A stretch of DNA of 64,000 nucleotides from positions 50,282,001-50,346,000 of the forward strand of contig NC_135817.1 of the NCBI RefSeq assembly GCF_964213995.1, given 5' to 3'. This document shows, piece after piece, positions 50,244-60,830 of the stretch. The first letter of the stretch is position 1. Each line of letters starts with the position of its first letter. Below the pieces are notes generated by a model. The model was not told where the DNA came from, searched no databases, and was given only the letters and a program-made list of their open reading frames with translations. The position numbers and the translations under genes were made by a program. Source of the DNA: Mustelus asterias. Taxonomy: Eukaryota.

Positions 50244-53165
50244 GTGGCAGGGGGGGGTGGGGAACAAAACAGGAGGTCAGTAAATACTGAGGCTGGGGTT
50301 GAGCTGGGGGCCAGGGCAAGGCTAGCTAAGAAGAGGAGCACTCTGGAGCAGGATGACCTGAGTGGGCCTGGAGGTCTGGAGTGCATCTGCTTCAATGCGA
50401 GGAGCGTAACGGGTAAAACAGACCAACTTAGGGCATTAATGCTTATGCGGAATTTGGATGTGGTTGCGGTGACGGAAACTTGGTTAAAAGGACAGGACTG
50501 GCAGCTGAATATTCCGGGGTATAAGTGTTTTAGGCGAGACAGAGGAGGGGCTAAAAAAGGTGGGGGAGTAGCGATATTAGTTAAGGAGCATATTACCGCG
50601 GTGCAGAGGGTAGACAACTTAGAGGGGTCATGTACTGAGTCGCTGTGGGTGGAACTCAGAAACAGGAAGGGTGCAGTCACTATGCTGGGGGTGTACTACA
50701 GACCACCCAACAGCCCACGGGAAGTGGAGGAAAGGATATGTCAGGAGATTCTGCATAGGTGCAGAAAAAATAGGGTTGTTGTAGTGGGGGACTTTAATTT
50801 CCCTGGCACAGACTGGAAAGTGCTTAGAGCTGGGGGTCCGGACGGGGAGGAATTTGTAAAATGCGTACTGGAAGGTTCTTTGGAACAGTATGTAGATAGC
50901 CCGACTAGAGAGGGGGCTATACTGGACCTAGTTCTGGGAAATGAGCCCGGTCAGGTCGTCAAAGTTTCGGTAGGGGAACATGTGGCAAATAGTGACCACA
51001 ACTCTGTTAACTTTAGGATAGTAATGGACAAGGATGAGTGCTGTCCTACGGGCAGGGTGCTAAATTGGGGGAAGGCTAACTATAGCCGGATTAGGCAGGA
51101 ATTGGTGGATGTTGATTGGGAGAGGATGTTCGAGGGTAAGTCCGCGTCTGGCATGTGGGAGTCTTTTAAGGAACTATTGATAAGGCTGCAGGATAGGCAT
51201 GTGCCTGTAAAAAGGAAAGATAGGAAAGATAGGATTCGAGAACCGTGGATAACCAGGGAAATTGAGGATCTGATTAAAATGAAAAGGGAGGCGTACGTTA
51301 AGTCCAGGCAACTGAAAACAGATGGAGCTCTGGAGGAATACAGAGAGAGTAGGAAAGAACTCAGATGGGGAGTTAGAAGGGCAAAAAGAGGTCACGAGAT
51401 GTTCTTGGCAGGCAGGATTAAGGAGAATCCTAAGGCATTCTATTCATACGTTAGGAACAAAAGAGTTGTCAGGGAGAGAATTGGACCTCTCAGGGACAAA
51501 GGAGGGGAATTATGCTTAGAACCCAAGGGAATAGGGGCGATCCTAAATGAATACTTTGCATCGGTATTCACGAAGGAGAGGGGCGTGTTAACCGGGAGTG
51601 TCTCGGAGGGAGGTGTTGACCCGTTAGAGAAAATCTCCATTACAAGAGAGGAAGTGTTAGGTTTTTTAGGGAACATTAAAACTGACAAAGCCCCAGGGCC
51701 TGATGGCATCTATCCTCGACTGCTCAGGGAGACGAGAGATGAAATTGCTGGGACTCTGACGGAAATCTTTGTCGCTTCTTTGGACACGGGTGAGGTCCCT
51801 GAGGATTGGAGGATAGCGAATGTGGTCCCGTTGTTTAAGAAGGGTAGCAGGGATAACCCAGGAAATTATAGGCCGGTGAGCTTGACGTCCGTGGTAGGGA
51901 AGTTGTTGGAGAGGATTCTTAGAGACAGGATGTATGTGCATTTAGAACGGAACAATCTCATTAGTGACAGACAGCATGGTTTTGTAAGAGGGAGGTCGTG
52001 CCTTACAAATTTGGTGGAGTTTTTTGAGGAAGTGACAAAAACGGTCGATGAAGGAAGGACCGTGGATGTCGTCTATATGGATTTCAGTAAGGCATTTGAC
52101 AAAGTCCCACATGGCAGGTTGGTTAAGAAGGTTAAGGCTCATGGGATACAAGGAGAGGTGGCTAGATGGGTGGAGAACTGGCTTGGCCATAGGAGACAGA
52201 GGGTAGTGGTCGAAGGGTCTTTTTCCGGCTGGAGGTCTGTGACCAGTGGTGTTCCGCAGGGCTCTGTACTGGGACCTCTGCTATTTGTGATATATATAAA
52301 TGATTTGGAAGAAGGTGTAACTGGTGTAATCAGCAAGTTTGCGGATGACACGAAGATGGCTGGACTTGCGGATAGCGAAGAGCATTGTCGGGCAATACAG
52401 CAGGATATAGATAGGCTGGAAAATTGGGCGGAGAGGTGGCAGATGGAGTTTAATCCGGATAAATGCGAAGTGATGCATTTTGGAAGAAATAATGTAGGGA
52501 GGAGTTATACAATAAATGGCAGAGTCATCAGGAGTATAGAAACACAGAGGGACCTAGGTGTGCAAGTCCACAAATCCTTGAAGGTGGCAACACAGGTGGA
52601 GAAGGTGGTGAAGAAGGCATATGGTATGCTTGCCTTTATAGGACGGGGTATAGAGTATAAAAGCTGGAGTCTGATGATGCAGCTGTATAGAACGCTGGTT
52701 AGACCACATTTGGAGTACTGCGTCCAGTTCTGGTCGCCACACTACCAGAAGGACGTGGAGGCGTTAGAGAGAGTGCAGAGAAGGTTTACCAGGATGTTGC
52801 CTGGTATAGAGGGTCTTAGCTATGAGGAGAGATTGGGTAGACTGGGGTTGTTCTCCTTGGAAAGACGGAGAATGAGGGGAGATCTAATAGAGGTGTACAA
52901 GATTATGAAGGGTACAGATAGGGTGAACAGTGGGAAGCTTTTTCCCAGGTCGGAGGTGACGATCACGAGAGGTCACGGCCTCAAGGTGAGAGGGGCGAAG
53001 TATAACTCAGATATCAGAGGGACGTTTTTTACACAGAGGGTGGTGGCGGCCTGGAATGCGCTGCCAAGTAGGGTGGTGGAGGCAGGCACGCTGACATCGT
53101 TTAAGACTTACCTGGATAGTCACATGAGCAGCCTGGGAATGGAGGGATACAAACGATTGGTCTAG
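50244..53165 (+). CDS. CR1 ORF2: APE endonuclease plus reverse transcriptase, 973 aa uninterrupted
   Basis: FNARS, VTETW, GDFN and SDHN endonuclease motifs; YRPVSL, DFSKAFD, PQGSVLGP and FADD RT motifs. Confidence 0.95.
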   Translation: MAGGGGEQNRRSVNTEAGVELGARARLAKKRSTLEQDDLSGPGGLECICFNARSVTGKTDQLRALMLMRNLDVVAVTETWLKGQDWQLNIPGYKCFRRDRGGAKKGGGVAILVKEHITAVQRVDNLEGSCTESLWVELRNRKGAVTMLGVYYRPPNSPREVEERICQEILHRCRKNRVVVVGDFNFPGTDWKVLRAGGPDGEEFVKCVLEGSLEQYVDSPTREGAILDLVLGNEPGQVVKVSVGEHVANSDHNSVNFRIVMDKDECCPTGRVLNWGKANYSRIRQELVDVDWERMFEGKSASGMWESFKELLIRLQDRHVPVKRKDRKDRIREPWITREIEDLIKMKREAYVKSRQLKTDGALEEYRESRKELRWGVRRAKRGHEMFLAGRIKENPKAFYSYVRNKRVVRERIGPLRDKGGELCLEPKGIGAILNEYFASVFTKERGVLTGSVSEGGVDPLEKISITREEVLGFLGNIKTDKAPGPDGIYPRLLRETRDEIAGTLTEIFVASLDTGEVPEDWRIANVVPLFKKGSRDNPGNYRPVSLTSVVGKLLERILRDRMYVHLERNNLISDRQHGFVRGRSCLTNLVEFFEEVTKTVDEGRTVDVVYMDFSKAFDKVPHGRLVKKVKAHGIQGEVARWVENWLGHRRQRVVVEGSFSGWRSVTSGVPQGSVLGPLLFVIYINDLEEGVTGVISKFADDTKMAGLADSEEHCRAIQQDIDRLENWAERWQMEFNPDKCEVMHFGRNNVGRSYTINGRVIRSIETQRDLGVQVHKSLKVATQVEKVVKKAYGMLAFIGRGIEYKSWSLMMQLYRTLVRPHLEYCVQFWSPHYQKDVEALERVQRRFTRMLPGIEGLSYEERLGRLGLFSLERRRMRGDLIEVYKIMKGTDRVNSGKLFPRSEVTITRGHGLKVRGAKYNSDIRGTFFTQRVVAAWNALPSRVVEAGTLTSFKTYLDSHMSSLGMEGYKRLV

Positions 53166-53677
53166 TTGGACCAAGGAGCGGCACAGGCTTGGAGGGCCGA
53201 AGGGCCTGTTTCCTGTGCTGTACTGTTCTTTGTTCTTTGTGTGCGGGTTAGAATGATTAGCAATACTAAATTGACCCTTAGTGTCAGGGGGACTAGCAAG
53301 GTAAATATATGGGGATAGGGCCTGGGTGGGATTGTGGTAGGTGCAGGCTCGATGGGCCAAATGGCCTCCTACTGCTCTGTAGGATTCTATGATGTGAAGC
53401 CTTGCAGAAATTTGAGTCCTCAATGTTGCACGCAGTAGGTGAGTCACCGAGCCAGTGTTGACCCAGAGACTTGTGACGGGTCTGGGCAGGTTAATGGCAC
53501 GGTGTATTCTTTCATGTTCTGTTGCGGATATGCTGTGGGATGGGCAGATAGGAATCAACCCCCCCCCCCTCCCCCCCACCCTCCAGGTCACCGGGGCCGG
53601 ACAGCGCACGTCAGAATCCAAATAAAACGGAGCAAGTTCGCGGACTTTGCAGAAAGACATTTTTTACAGGACACTGG

Positions 53678-53814
53678 ATGGGAAGCATGGGGCGCTGCTG
53701 CACAGTCCTACTGTTCATATCATCTGTAATTGGGGGCGGATTGGCGGCAGTCCGGCTGCACCATCTAGCTGCTGTTGAAATTGAATGGGTTTATTCCCAA
53801 CATGGAGCAGTAAG
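53678..53814 (+). CDS. F5: Coagulation factor V-like exon 1: signal peptide plus A1 start, MGSMGRCCTVLLFISSVIGGGLAAVRLHHLAAVEIEWVYSQHGAV
   Basis: Hydrophobic leader followed by an R-x-x-x-AA-x-x-I-x-W-x-Y cupredoxin A1 start motif; phase-2 donor AAG|GTACAA. A second in-frame ATG at 53687 has the better Kozak context. Confidence 0.75.
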
Positions 53815-54018
53815 GTACAAGTCCACTTTTTAAACAGCATTCAACTACCGTTGTTTCTTTGATAATGTGTCTTTACAGTTCCCATTGAAATGGTTATGAC
53901 TATTTTTTAAATAATTAACTAGCAGTTTGAATCTCTTCCCCACAAAACACCATTAAATTTGTACTTGTGGTGTTAATTAATTCACACTAATATTTTTGAA
54001 ATGGTGTCTTCTTCCCAG

Positions 54019-54113
54019 TTCCTCTGCTGCAGCGGATTCCTATTATAAAATCGTTTACAAAGAGTATCATGACTCTAACTTTGCCATAGAGAAGGTTGGC
54101 CCGGCTTGGAGAG
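54019..54113 (+). CDS. F5: Factor V-like exon 2, (S)SSAAADSYYKIVYKEYHDSNFAIEKVGPAWR(G)
   Basis: CCCAG acceptor, GTAACT donor; KIVYxEY motif as in FV (FKKIVYREY). Confidence 0.8.
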
Positions 54114-54258
54114 GTAACTCATTTTAATTTTTAAATCAAAAACAATGCGGAACTTTCAAGCGATGCTCGACTCAAAGCCTCTGTGCTCGTACCGTTTTCT
54201 CTGGTTAGGATTGGCTCCTTTACAATCTTTCACTTTACCTACTGGGGAACTGTTACAG

Positions 54259-54381
54259 GTCTACTGGGTCCCACTCTGCGAGCAGAAGTCGGAGATACCT
54301 TAAAGATCCATTTCAAGAATAAGGCTACTTATCCCGTCAACATTCGCCCGCAGGGAATCATGCAGGGACAATCAGCTGAGG
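54259..54381 (+). CDS. F5: Factor V-like exon 3, GLLGPTLRAEVGDTLKIHFKNKATYPVNIRPQGIMQGQSAE(G)
   Basis: TACAG acceptor, GTAAGG donor, 123 nt. GLLGPTL.AEVGD..K.HFKNKA....I.PQGI fits FV better than FVIII, ceruloplasmin or hephaestin. Confidence 0.85.
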
Positions 54382-54428
54382 GTAAGGTTGGATTGAATTA
54401 TTTGTCCAAGTGTATGCCCCGCGCCGAG

Positions 54429-54577
54429 TTTATTTTTTTAAATACTTTTCCAATTCAATCAAATCAAATTCAGAGTCTCAACAAGTTGAGACATTTCCGA
54501 TCCAGGCTGACAAGACAGGGCGAGCGACCAAACCACCCTGTCCTGATCCACATGAGCCAAGCTGATTGGAGAAGGGG
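54429..54577 (-). mobile_element. Second, more divergent U2-like element in F5-like intron 3
   Basis: Shares the CTTGTCAG.{2,3}GGATCG, GTCTC...GAGAC hairpin and GAATTxGATT core with 9667-9896; degenerate U2 head CTTCTC..TTGGCT..GATCAGG; A-rich 3' end. Confidence 0.6.
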
Positions 54578-54726
54578 GAGGTTCCTCCTCCAAGACTAAA
54601 GCATTGGTTTACTGCTCAAGAGTTTGAATTCAGTGGGGTTGATTTGCAAGTTTCATTGTGAGGAGGGCAAATATGCGTTGTTTCAAGGTAGTGCCAGATT
54701 CTCCTGAACTATGAAATCACTGAAGT

Positions 54727-54850
54727 TAAAAGCAAATAACTGCGGATGCTGGAATCTGAAACAAAAACTGAAAATGCTGGAAAATCTCCCCAGGTCTGAC
54801 AGCACCTCTGGAGAGAGAACAGAGTTAACGTTTCGAGTCTGGATGACCCT
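54727..54850 (-). mobile_element. Short copy of the second Penelope-like family terminus
   Basis: AAAAGCAAATAACTGCGGATGCTGGAATCTGAAAC...ACGTTTCGAGTCTGGATGACCC. Confidence 0.7.
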
Positions 54851-55371
54851 GACGCTATTGTGTGAGGATCATTGATACTATATATTTTTATGGGTGCATC
54901 CAGCTCTTTTGGGACATGAAGTTGGTAGTGGTGAGGTTATCTCTCCAAACGTTTTATGCCCTCAAATTCCTCCCTCCCACACTTCCTGTCAACATCTCCC
55001 GCCCCCGGAGTTCCTGATCTTCTATGTCGTATTATTAACTGGAGATAGTGAACTGAGACCAGCCTTAGGTACAGAGATATTTACACAATAGTCACGTAGT
55101 CAATCGTATTATTTACCAGCTTTACTATTTGGAAATGTGTGAACACATTCCAAAGGTCACTGGATTCATCCCATACTAGGAAAATGTTATCTGCCCTTTC
55201 AGGGAAGATTGCTGGAGCGGCTGCACTGGAATTGCATATTCTAGTCAGGTTCCTGTCCTCTACTCCACAGATGTCTAGGAATTCACAAAGGCTGCCACTT
55301 ATCTCACAATACTTTCCATTTCATCTGGTTTCTACTGGACACTTACTAGAAGACACCTATGTTGGGAAGGC

Positions 55372-55662
55372 ACTGTGGCACAATGGTTAGCACTGCCTCA
55401 CAGTGCCATGGACTCTGGTTCAATTCCCGTCTTGGGTGACTGCAGTTTAAACATTCTCCCTGTGTCTGTGTGGTTTTCTCCGGTTGCTTTGATTTCCTCC
55501 CACAGTCCAAAGATGTGTGGGTTAGATGGATTGGCCATGCTAAATTGCCCCTCAATGTCAGAGGGCCTAGCTAGGGTAAACGCAGAGAGATGGGGCCTGG
55601 GTGGGATTATTGTTGGTGAGCCTCGATGGGCCGAATGGCCTCCTTCCGCACTGTAGGATTCT
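55372..55662 (+). mobile_element. HE1-like SINE, CR1-type tail
   Basis: Same structure as 5703-6030. Confidence 0.85.
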
Positions 55663-56749
55663 CACAACTATAGGACACAGCTAAATGTAACTTTGATTTT
55701 AGTCAGATGCATGGGTATCTGATATCCTGTGCTTGGAAAGACTGAGCATCAAGGTCTCCTTTTTGTGATCTAAATGATACATCTTTATAACCCTTTCACA
55801 GGTAACAGAAAACAGGCAAGATAAAATAAATTTGTACGTCTATGATTGAATAGCCAGAACTTCTGTCACTTCTTGTTTGGGTTGTGATGTGAAAAATGGC
55901 TTCTTGGATGAGGAGTCAAAGGCCATGTGACATCTTGTTATGAATCTTCAAGGGAAAGGAACGGCAATTATGGTAGAGAAAAAAATTAAAAACAGGATTT
56001 TAAAATTTCTCAGGCGTATTCAGATATAAATTCATTCCCTTTCCTGTTCCACTATCACCTTGGGTGGCCTGTCACAACTTGTGCTTAATTAAAACATTAA
56101 TGTTTTTGGAATTTTTCAATTCAACATGATGTAAGTGCATTGACAAATCATTTATAAAGCTAAGAATAAAAAAATTCAAACAGGGGGTAATGTGTTATGT
56201 TGAACCTGTAAACATTGCTTGCAGAATTGTGCAATTTGTGTATAACCGCCTTTATTCTACATAAATATACATTTTAAATCAGACTATAAGATGTAGGAAC
56301 AGATGTAGGTCATTTGACCCATCAAGTCTGTACCATCATTCAATGAGATCATGGCTGATCTGATATGATCCTAAATTGCAATTTCCCGCCTGATCCCCAT
56401 AACCCTTGATTCCCTTACTGATTAAAAATCTGTCTACCTCAGCCTTGAAATTAAATGCAATTAAAACTGTCTTAAAAATTCCCGATATAAATCATTACAG
56501 ACACAAAAACAAAGATGGCAGAGAACTCTGTCACACAGGAAAGCTTTCAAATATACTATCTGTTATATGCTGCATTTGTTGGATAAAAGAATGTAAAGTG
56601 ATAGCACTTGGAGCTGGGTGGAAGAAAAACACAAGTTTATTGATTAGCTGTTGACTCTACAGGGGCCTGATCTAGACTAGGCAAAAGCCTCTGAAGCAGC
56701 CAATGACATCACAAACTATGCACGTGAGTATTCTCCACTTTAATTTTAG

Positions 56750-57066
56750 GCCGGCACGGTGGGCACAGTGGTTAGCACCATTGCCTCACAGCGCCATGGA
56801 CCCAGGTTCAATTCCAGCCTCGGGTGACTGTGGAATTTACACATTCTCCCCATGTCTGCGTTGGTTTCCTCCGGGTGCTCCGGTTTCCTCCCACAGTCAA
56901 AATATGTGCAGATTAGGATGATTGGCCATGACAAATTGTCTCTTAGTGTTAGGGAGGTTAGCAGGGTAAATACGTGGGGTTACGGGGATAGGGCCTGGGT
57001 GGGATTGTTGTCGGTGCAGGCTTGATGGGCCGAATGACCTCCTTCTGCACTGTACGGATTCTATGA
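56750..57066 (+). mobile_element. HE1-like SINE, CR1-type tail
   Basis: Same structure as 5703-6030. Confidence 0.87.
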
Positions 57067-57614
57067 TTAAGCTCTTAAAGTGACAGTGCAACAATACAAC
57101 AGCCCCAAAAATTTACACTATCACCTTTCTGCAGAATTGTATTTAATTTGCTTTGAATTGTATTGAGTTTCATAAATGACAATGAAAGTGAACTTACTTT
57201 TTTCTTTGCAAAGTCTAGCCCATCATTGAGGGGTGAACATCAGCAAAATTCTGGCGCACAAGAAAATGATTTGTGCTAACGAGTGCTCTGTTTGACCCTC
57301 TGTGCTTTGGTGCAATTTCATTGGTGGCTTTGATAGGTAAATCAGCACAGCTTTTAACATTTTGGTCAGGAGTCTGTGGCAACATAGCGTATCACTATTG
57401 GGGGAAGAAATTCCAGCAGGAATTGGGCTACTGCCAGGAATTCTAGCCCAGGAAGTCTCACCGATTTCCTTGTGTAACCTTCTCTTCCCAATCCTCCCCA
57501 TTATCAATGGTATCAACTTTTTGTTGAACTGCTTTTGTGTTTCATTTGAGAAACAAAATGGCTCCAATACAGCTGACCATAGCAGGCTGTTACTTGAAAT
57601 ATGCACAAGCAACT

Positions 57615-57890
57615 CTTCCACCTTCTTCTGTCGGGAAAAGATACAAAGGTCTGAGGTCACATACCAACCGACTCAAGAACAGTTCCTTCCCTGCTGCCAT
57701 CAGACTTTTGAATGGACCTACCTCACACTAAGTTGATCTTTCTCTACACCCTAGCTATGACTGTAAAACTACATTCTGCACTCCCTCCTTTCCTTCTCTA
57801 TGAATGGTATGCTTTGTCTGTATAGCGCACAAGAAACAATACTTTTCACTGTATGTTAATACATGTGACAATTATAAATCAAATCAAATC
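57615..57890 (+). mobile_element. Rex1/Babar-type LINE 3' fragment
   Basis: TNRLKNSSFP(A)AIRLLN and the same 3' UTR/tail as 42600-42850. Confidence 0.8.
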
Positions 57891-59235
57891 ACTAGTAATT
57901 TCACTGGCAGTTGTCCTGACCTCCCATCGTAAGTTTGGTGAAAATCCACAAGAAGCAGTTTAACTGGATATTTCCCCATATTTTTCACTGACCGAATCCA
58001 GAAAACACTGCTGAAAGTCTACCCAATACATGTTTGCAAGTGTTCAGATCAATCACAAGGCACCAGTTGTGTAGAATTTGCCTTGACTCCCGTTTCATTA
58101 ATAATACTTTGATTCGGAGCATAATATTCTCTTAACATCTCTAATTTCAACAACATTACTTAATGTAATTATTATGGGCTTTGACTGATGAGATTTTCAT
58201 ATCTGTTGCAGCAGTGAGATTGCAACTCTGCATGAAATGCAATCATGGATTAATACTGGATTTAAAAATTTGGTTCAGTCATGTCTGGTCAAGTTAGTTA
58301 ATCTGATTGTGTTAATCCAAGTTTAGAAGCAAATTGGTCAATGATGAAGTCTGAGCTTCAGTATTGCTGACTTCTAAAGATTATTTATAGGAAAGGCGTG
58401 AATAAACAAATTCCATTCAAATAAACAAAGCCCTCCCTCCTCCCCCATTGTGATTTTAACTGGGACTTTTAGGCCTGGGTTTTAATCCATTGCACAGTGG
58501 GAAATACTGACCAATTTAATATTATACGAATGTTACTCATTTATTTGTATACATTCAATCATAAGGTCTGTTGAATATTTCCATGTACTAAATACAACAT
58601 AGGTGGTAGCAGCCTATCCAATGTTAAAATTACAATAGGTACATCAACCCATCATCCAAGCAATCTTCAACTGCTTCATCAGTGGCCTTTCCTTTACCAT
58701 ATAGTCATAAATGACAATGTTTTGCTGATGACTGCATATCGTCCAGTTCTTTGGTCAACTTACAATAACAGGCATCAGGTGACTGGTGGTGGCCATCTTT
58801 GGCCAGTGTCTTTTCTTGTATCTTTTAACAAAAACCGGTTCTCTTTAAACATTTCAGTATGTTTTTTGGTTATCTGGTGAAGTCATAGATAGATAGATCT
58901 CACTCGCTCACAATTTTCCATCGTTGTGACAACTCTAAAAAAAGATGCACTGCAGCAAATCACCAAGGCTCTTTCTAAACCCACAACCTCTACTGCGTAG
59001 AAGGACAAAGGTAGTAGATGCAAGGAAAGACCATTACCCACCAGTTCCCCTCCAAGCCGTACCCTGTCCTGACTTGGAATTATATCACCATTTCTTCAAT
59101 GTTACAGGATCAAAATCCTAGAACTCCATTCCTAACAACACTGTGGGTGTACCTGCACCAGAGGGACTGCAGTGGTTCAGTAAAGTGACTCACCATCACC
59201 TTAGAATTTAGGGATTGGTAACAAATACTGACCAT

Positions 59236-59505
59236 TGAAACCCTGCAGTGCAGAAGAATGCCATTCAGCCCATCCAGTCTGCACCGACTATCCGAATGAG
59301 CACTCTACCTAGGCCCACTCCCCCCATCCTATCCCCGTAAACCCACACGTTGATAATGGCCAGTCAACCTAACCTGCACATCTTTGGACTGTGGGAGGAA
59401 ACCAGAGCTCATGGGAGAATGTGCAAACTCCGCACAGACAGTGACCCAAGGCTGGAATCGAACCGGGTTTCTGGTGCTGTGAGGCAGTGGTGTTAATCAC
59501 TGTGC
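59236..59505 (-). mobile_element. HE1-like SINE
   Basis: Reverse complement of the SINE head and core plus a CR1-type tail. Confidence 0.8.
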
Positions 59506-60139
59506 CATCTACTTCCCATGAAAGAGTAAAAACATACAACTCGACATGAGCTGACCAATCCAATTATAATGCTGAAAACTCTGCGCTGACACACAAATAT
59601 AGAATAAGTTAGTTATCTGCTGTGGTGCTTTGTTAATTTCCTAACAGTATATTTATGCTAAACAGGTCCACTAGTATCTGAAATCATATGGCTACTGGTA
59701 TCATGTTGTTGCCTGGTAAATGTACAGATTTTCAGTGCAGACATTGACTCTATGCATTACTATAATGAATCTTTTGCTGGCTCTGTGTTTGCAGATATTC
59801 TGTAAATAAGTTGGAAGGGTAAATCATTTCTGTATTGACAGCCTGCTTAATGTTTAACACAACTGTGGGCATTCTAAAGGGGGCATGTCAGCAACAATCA
59901 ATACATTTACCAAATTGTTAATTATTCATTACAAGCTTGTTTTGAACTTCTGTGGCATGTTGTCCACATAGATCTTCTACATAACTTTTGTTTAAAGTAT
60001 AAAGTTGCAGATATTATGTGCAAATAATAGGTTTTGTTACGGGAAATCTGGTAATTCTGGCAAATCTGATGGCCCACTCTCTGATCAAATTGTATAAATG
60101 CAGCTGCCTTGGTTAACAGACCACAGATGATGTCAGTCT

Positions 60140-60830
60140 GGGAATGCAGAGGAGTAAGTCGGCCTATCAAACTAAAATGCTTGGCCTACTCTGCCCTATG
60201 CTTGTGAGACTTAGACTGTATATCATCATCAGAGGTTCTACCACTTTCCCTTGAAATACTTTTGGAAGCTTCTGAAGATGTCAAGACACTGAGACACTCA
60301 CCTGAGCTGATATACCAAACATCAACACCATACTGGGAGTGTCACAACTAAGTTGGGTTGGTCATGTAGCCAGAATGCATGCGCGAATCCCGCGAATCAG
60401 CGCACGTGCGATTCTCCTGGCCAGACGAGCTAAAAAAGTAGCGCCTCGGGATGGGAGAATCGCCTCCTCTTGAGTCCATGGTGCTCTCTCATGGTGGTCA
60501 AAGGAAGCGCTATTAGGATACGCTGAAGGCTTCACTTTGGAATTTTGATATTGACTTTGAGTCCTGGGAGAAGCTCATCCAGGATCATTGCATCTGGCGC
60601 AACGAAACAAACAATGCAGCGGCCTCCTTCGAAAGCAGGCGCAGAGGCAGAGAAGAAAAAACACAAGGAGAGAAAATCTCAAGTCATCTTCTGAGGTATC
60701 CAATCCTGTTTGCAGCAGAACGTTCCAGGTGGAGATCGGCCTCGGCAGCCACCTGCATGCCTTCCGGAACCCAAACAAACACCCAAGACGATGATCACGG
60801 TCATCTTCGCTTTGAAGGATGCACAAGAAA
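60140..60830 (+). mobile_element. RTE-clade LINE 3' fragment
   Basis: WVGHV.RM, GGQRKRY.D.LK and a terminal C..RTF...IGL.SH motif. Confidence 0.7.

Larger units (their letters stand above)
48839..53238 (+). mobile_element. Near full-length CR1-clade LINE (~4.4 kb) inserted into an HE1-like SINE
   Basis: 5' UTR, ORF1, ORF2 and a TGTTCTT-repeat 3' tail. The SINE is broken at ...CCAAAGGTGT (48838) and resumes at GTGTGCGGGTTAG (53239). Confidence 0.93.

Noticed and set aside
50234-52742. Minus-strand ORFs overlapping CR1 ORF2
   Set aside because: Antisense shadows of the LINE coding sequence with no independent motifs.
53810-53815. Alternative GTAAGG donor for F5-like exon 1
   Set aside because: It gives phase 0, which is incompatible with the exon 2 frame; the donor at 53815 keeps the frame.
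54183-54599. 138-aa single-exon ORF, or assignment to F8/ceruloplasmin/hephaestin
   Set aside because: Only 54259-54381 is exon and the rest is intron read-through; HFKNKA and PQGI favour factor V.
59640-59720. Possible F5 exon 4 (CAG|GTCCACTAGTA, GPLV-like)
   Set aside because: No match to the expected GAxYxD..DDxVxPG..YxW..CLT..Y.SH pattern; likely chance.
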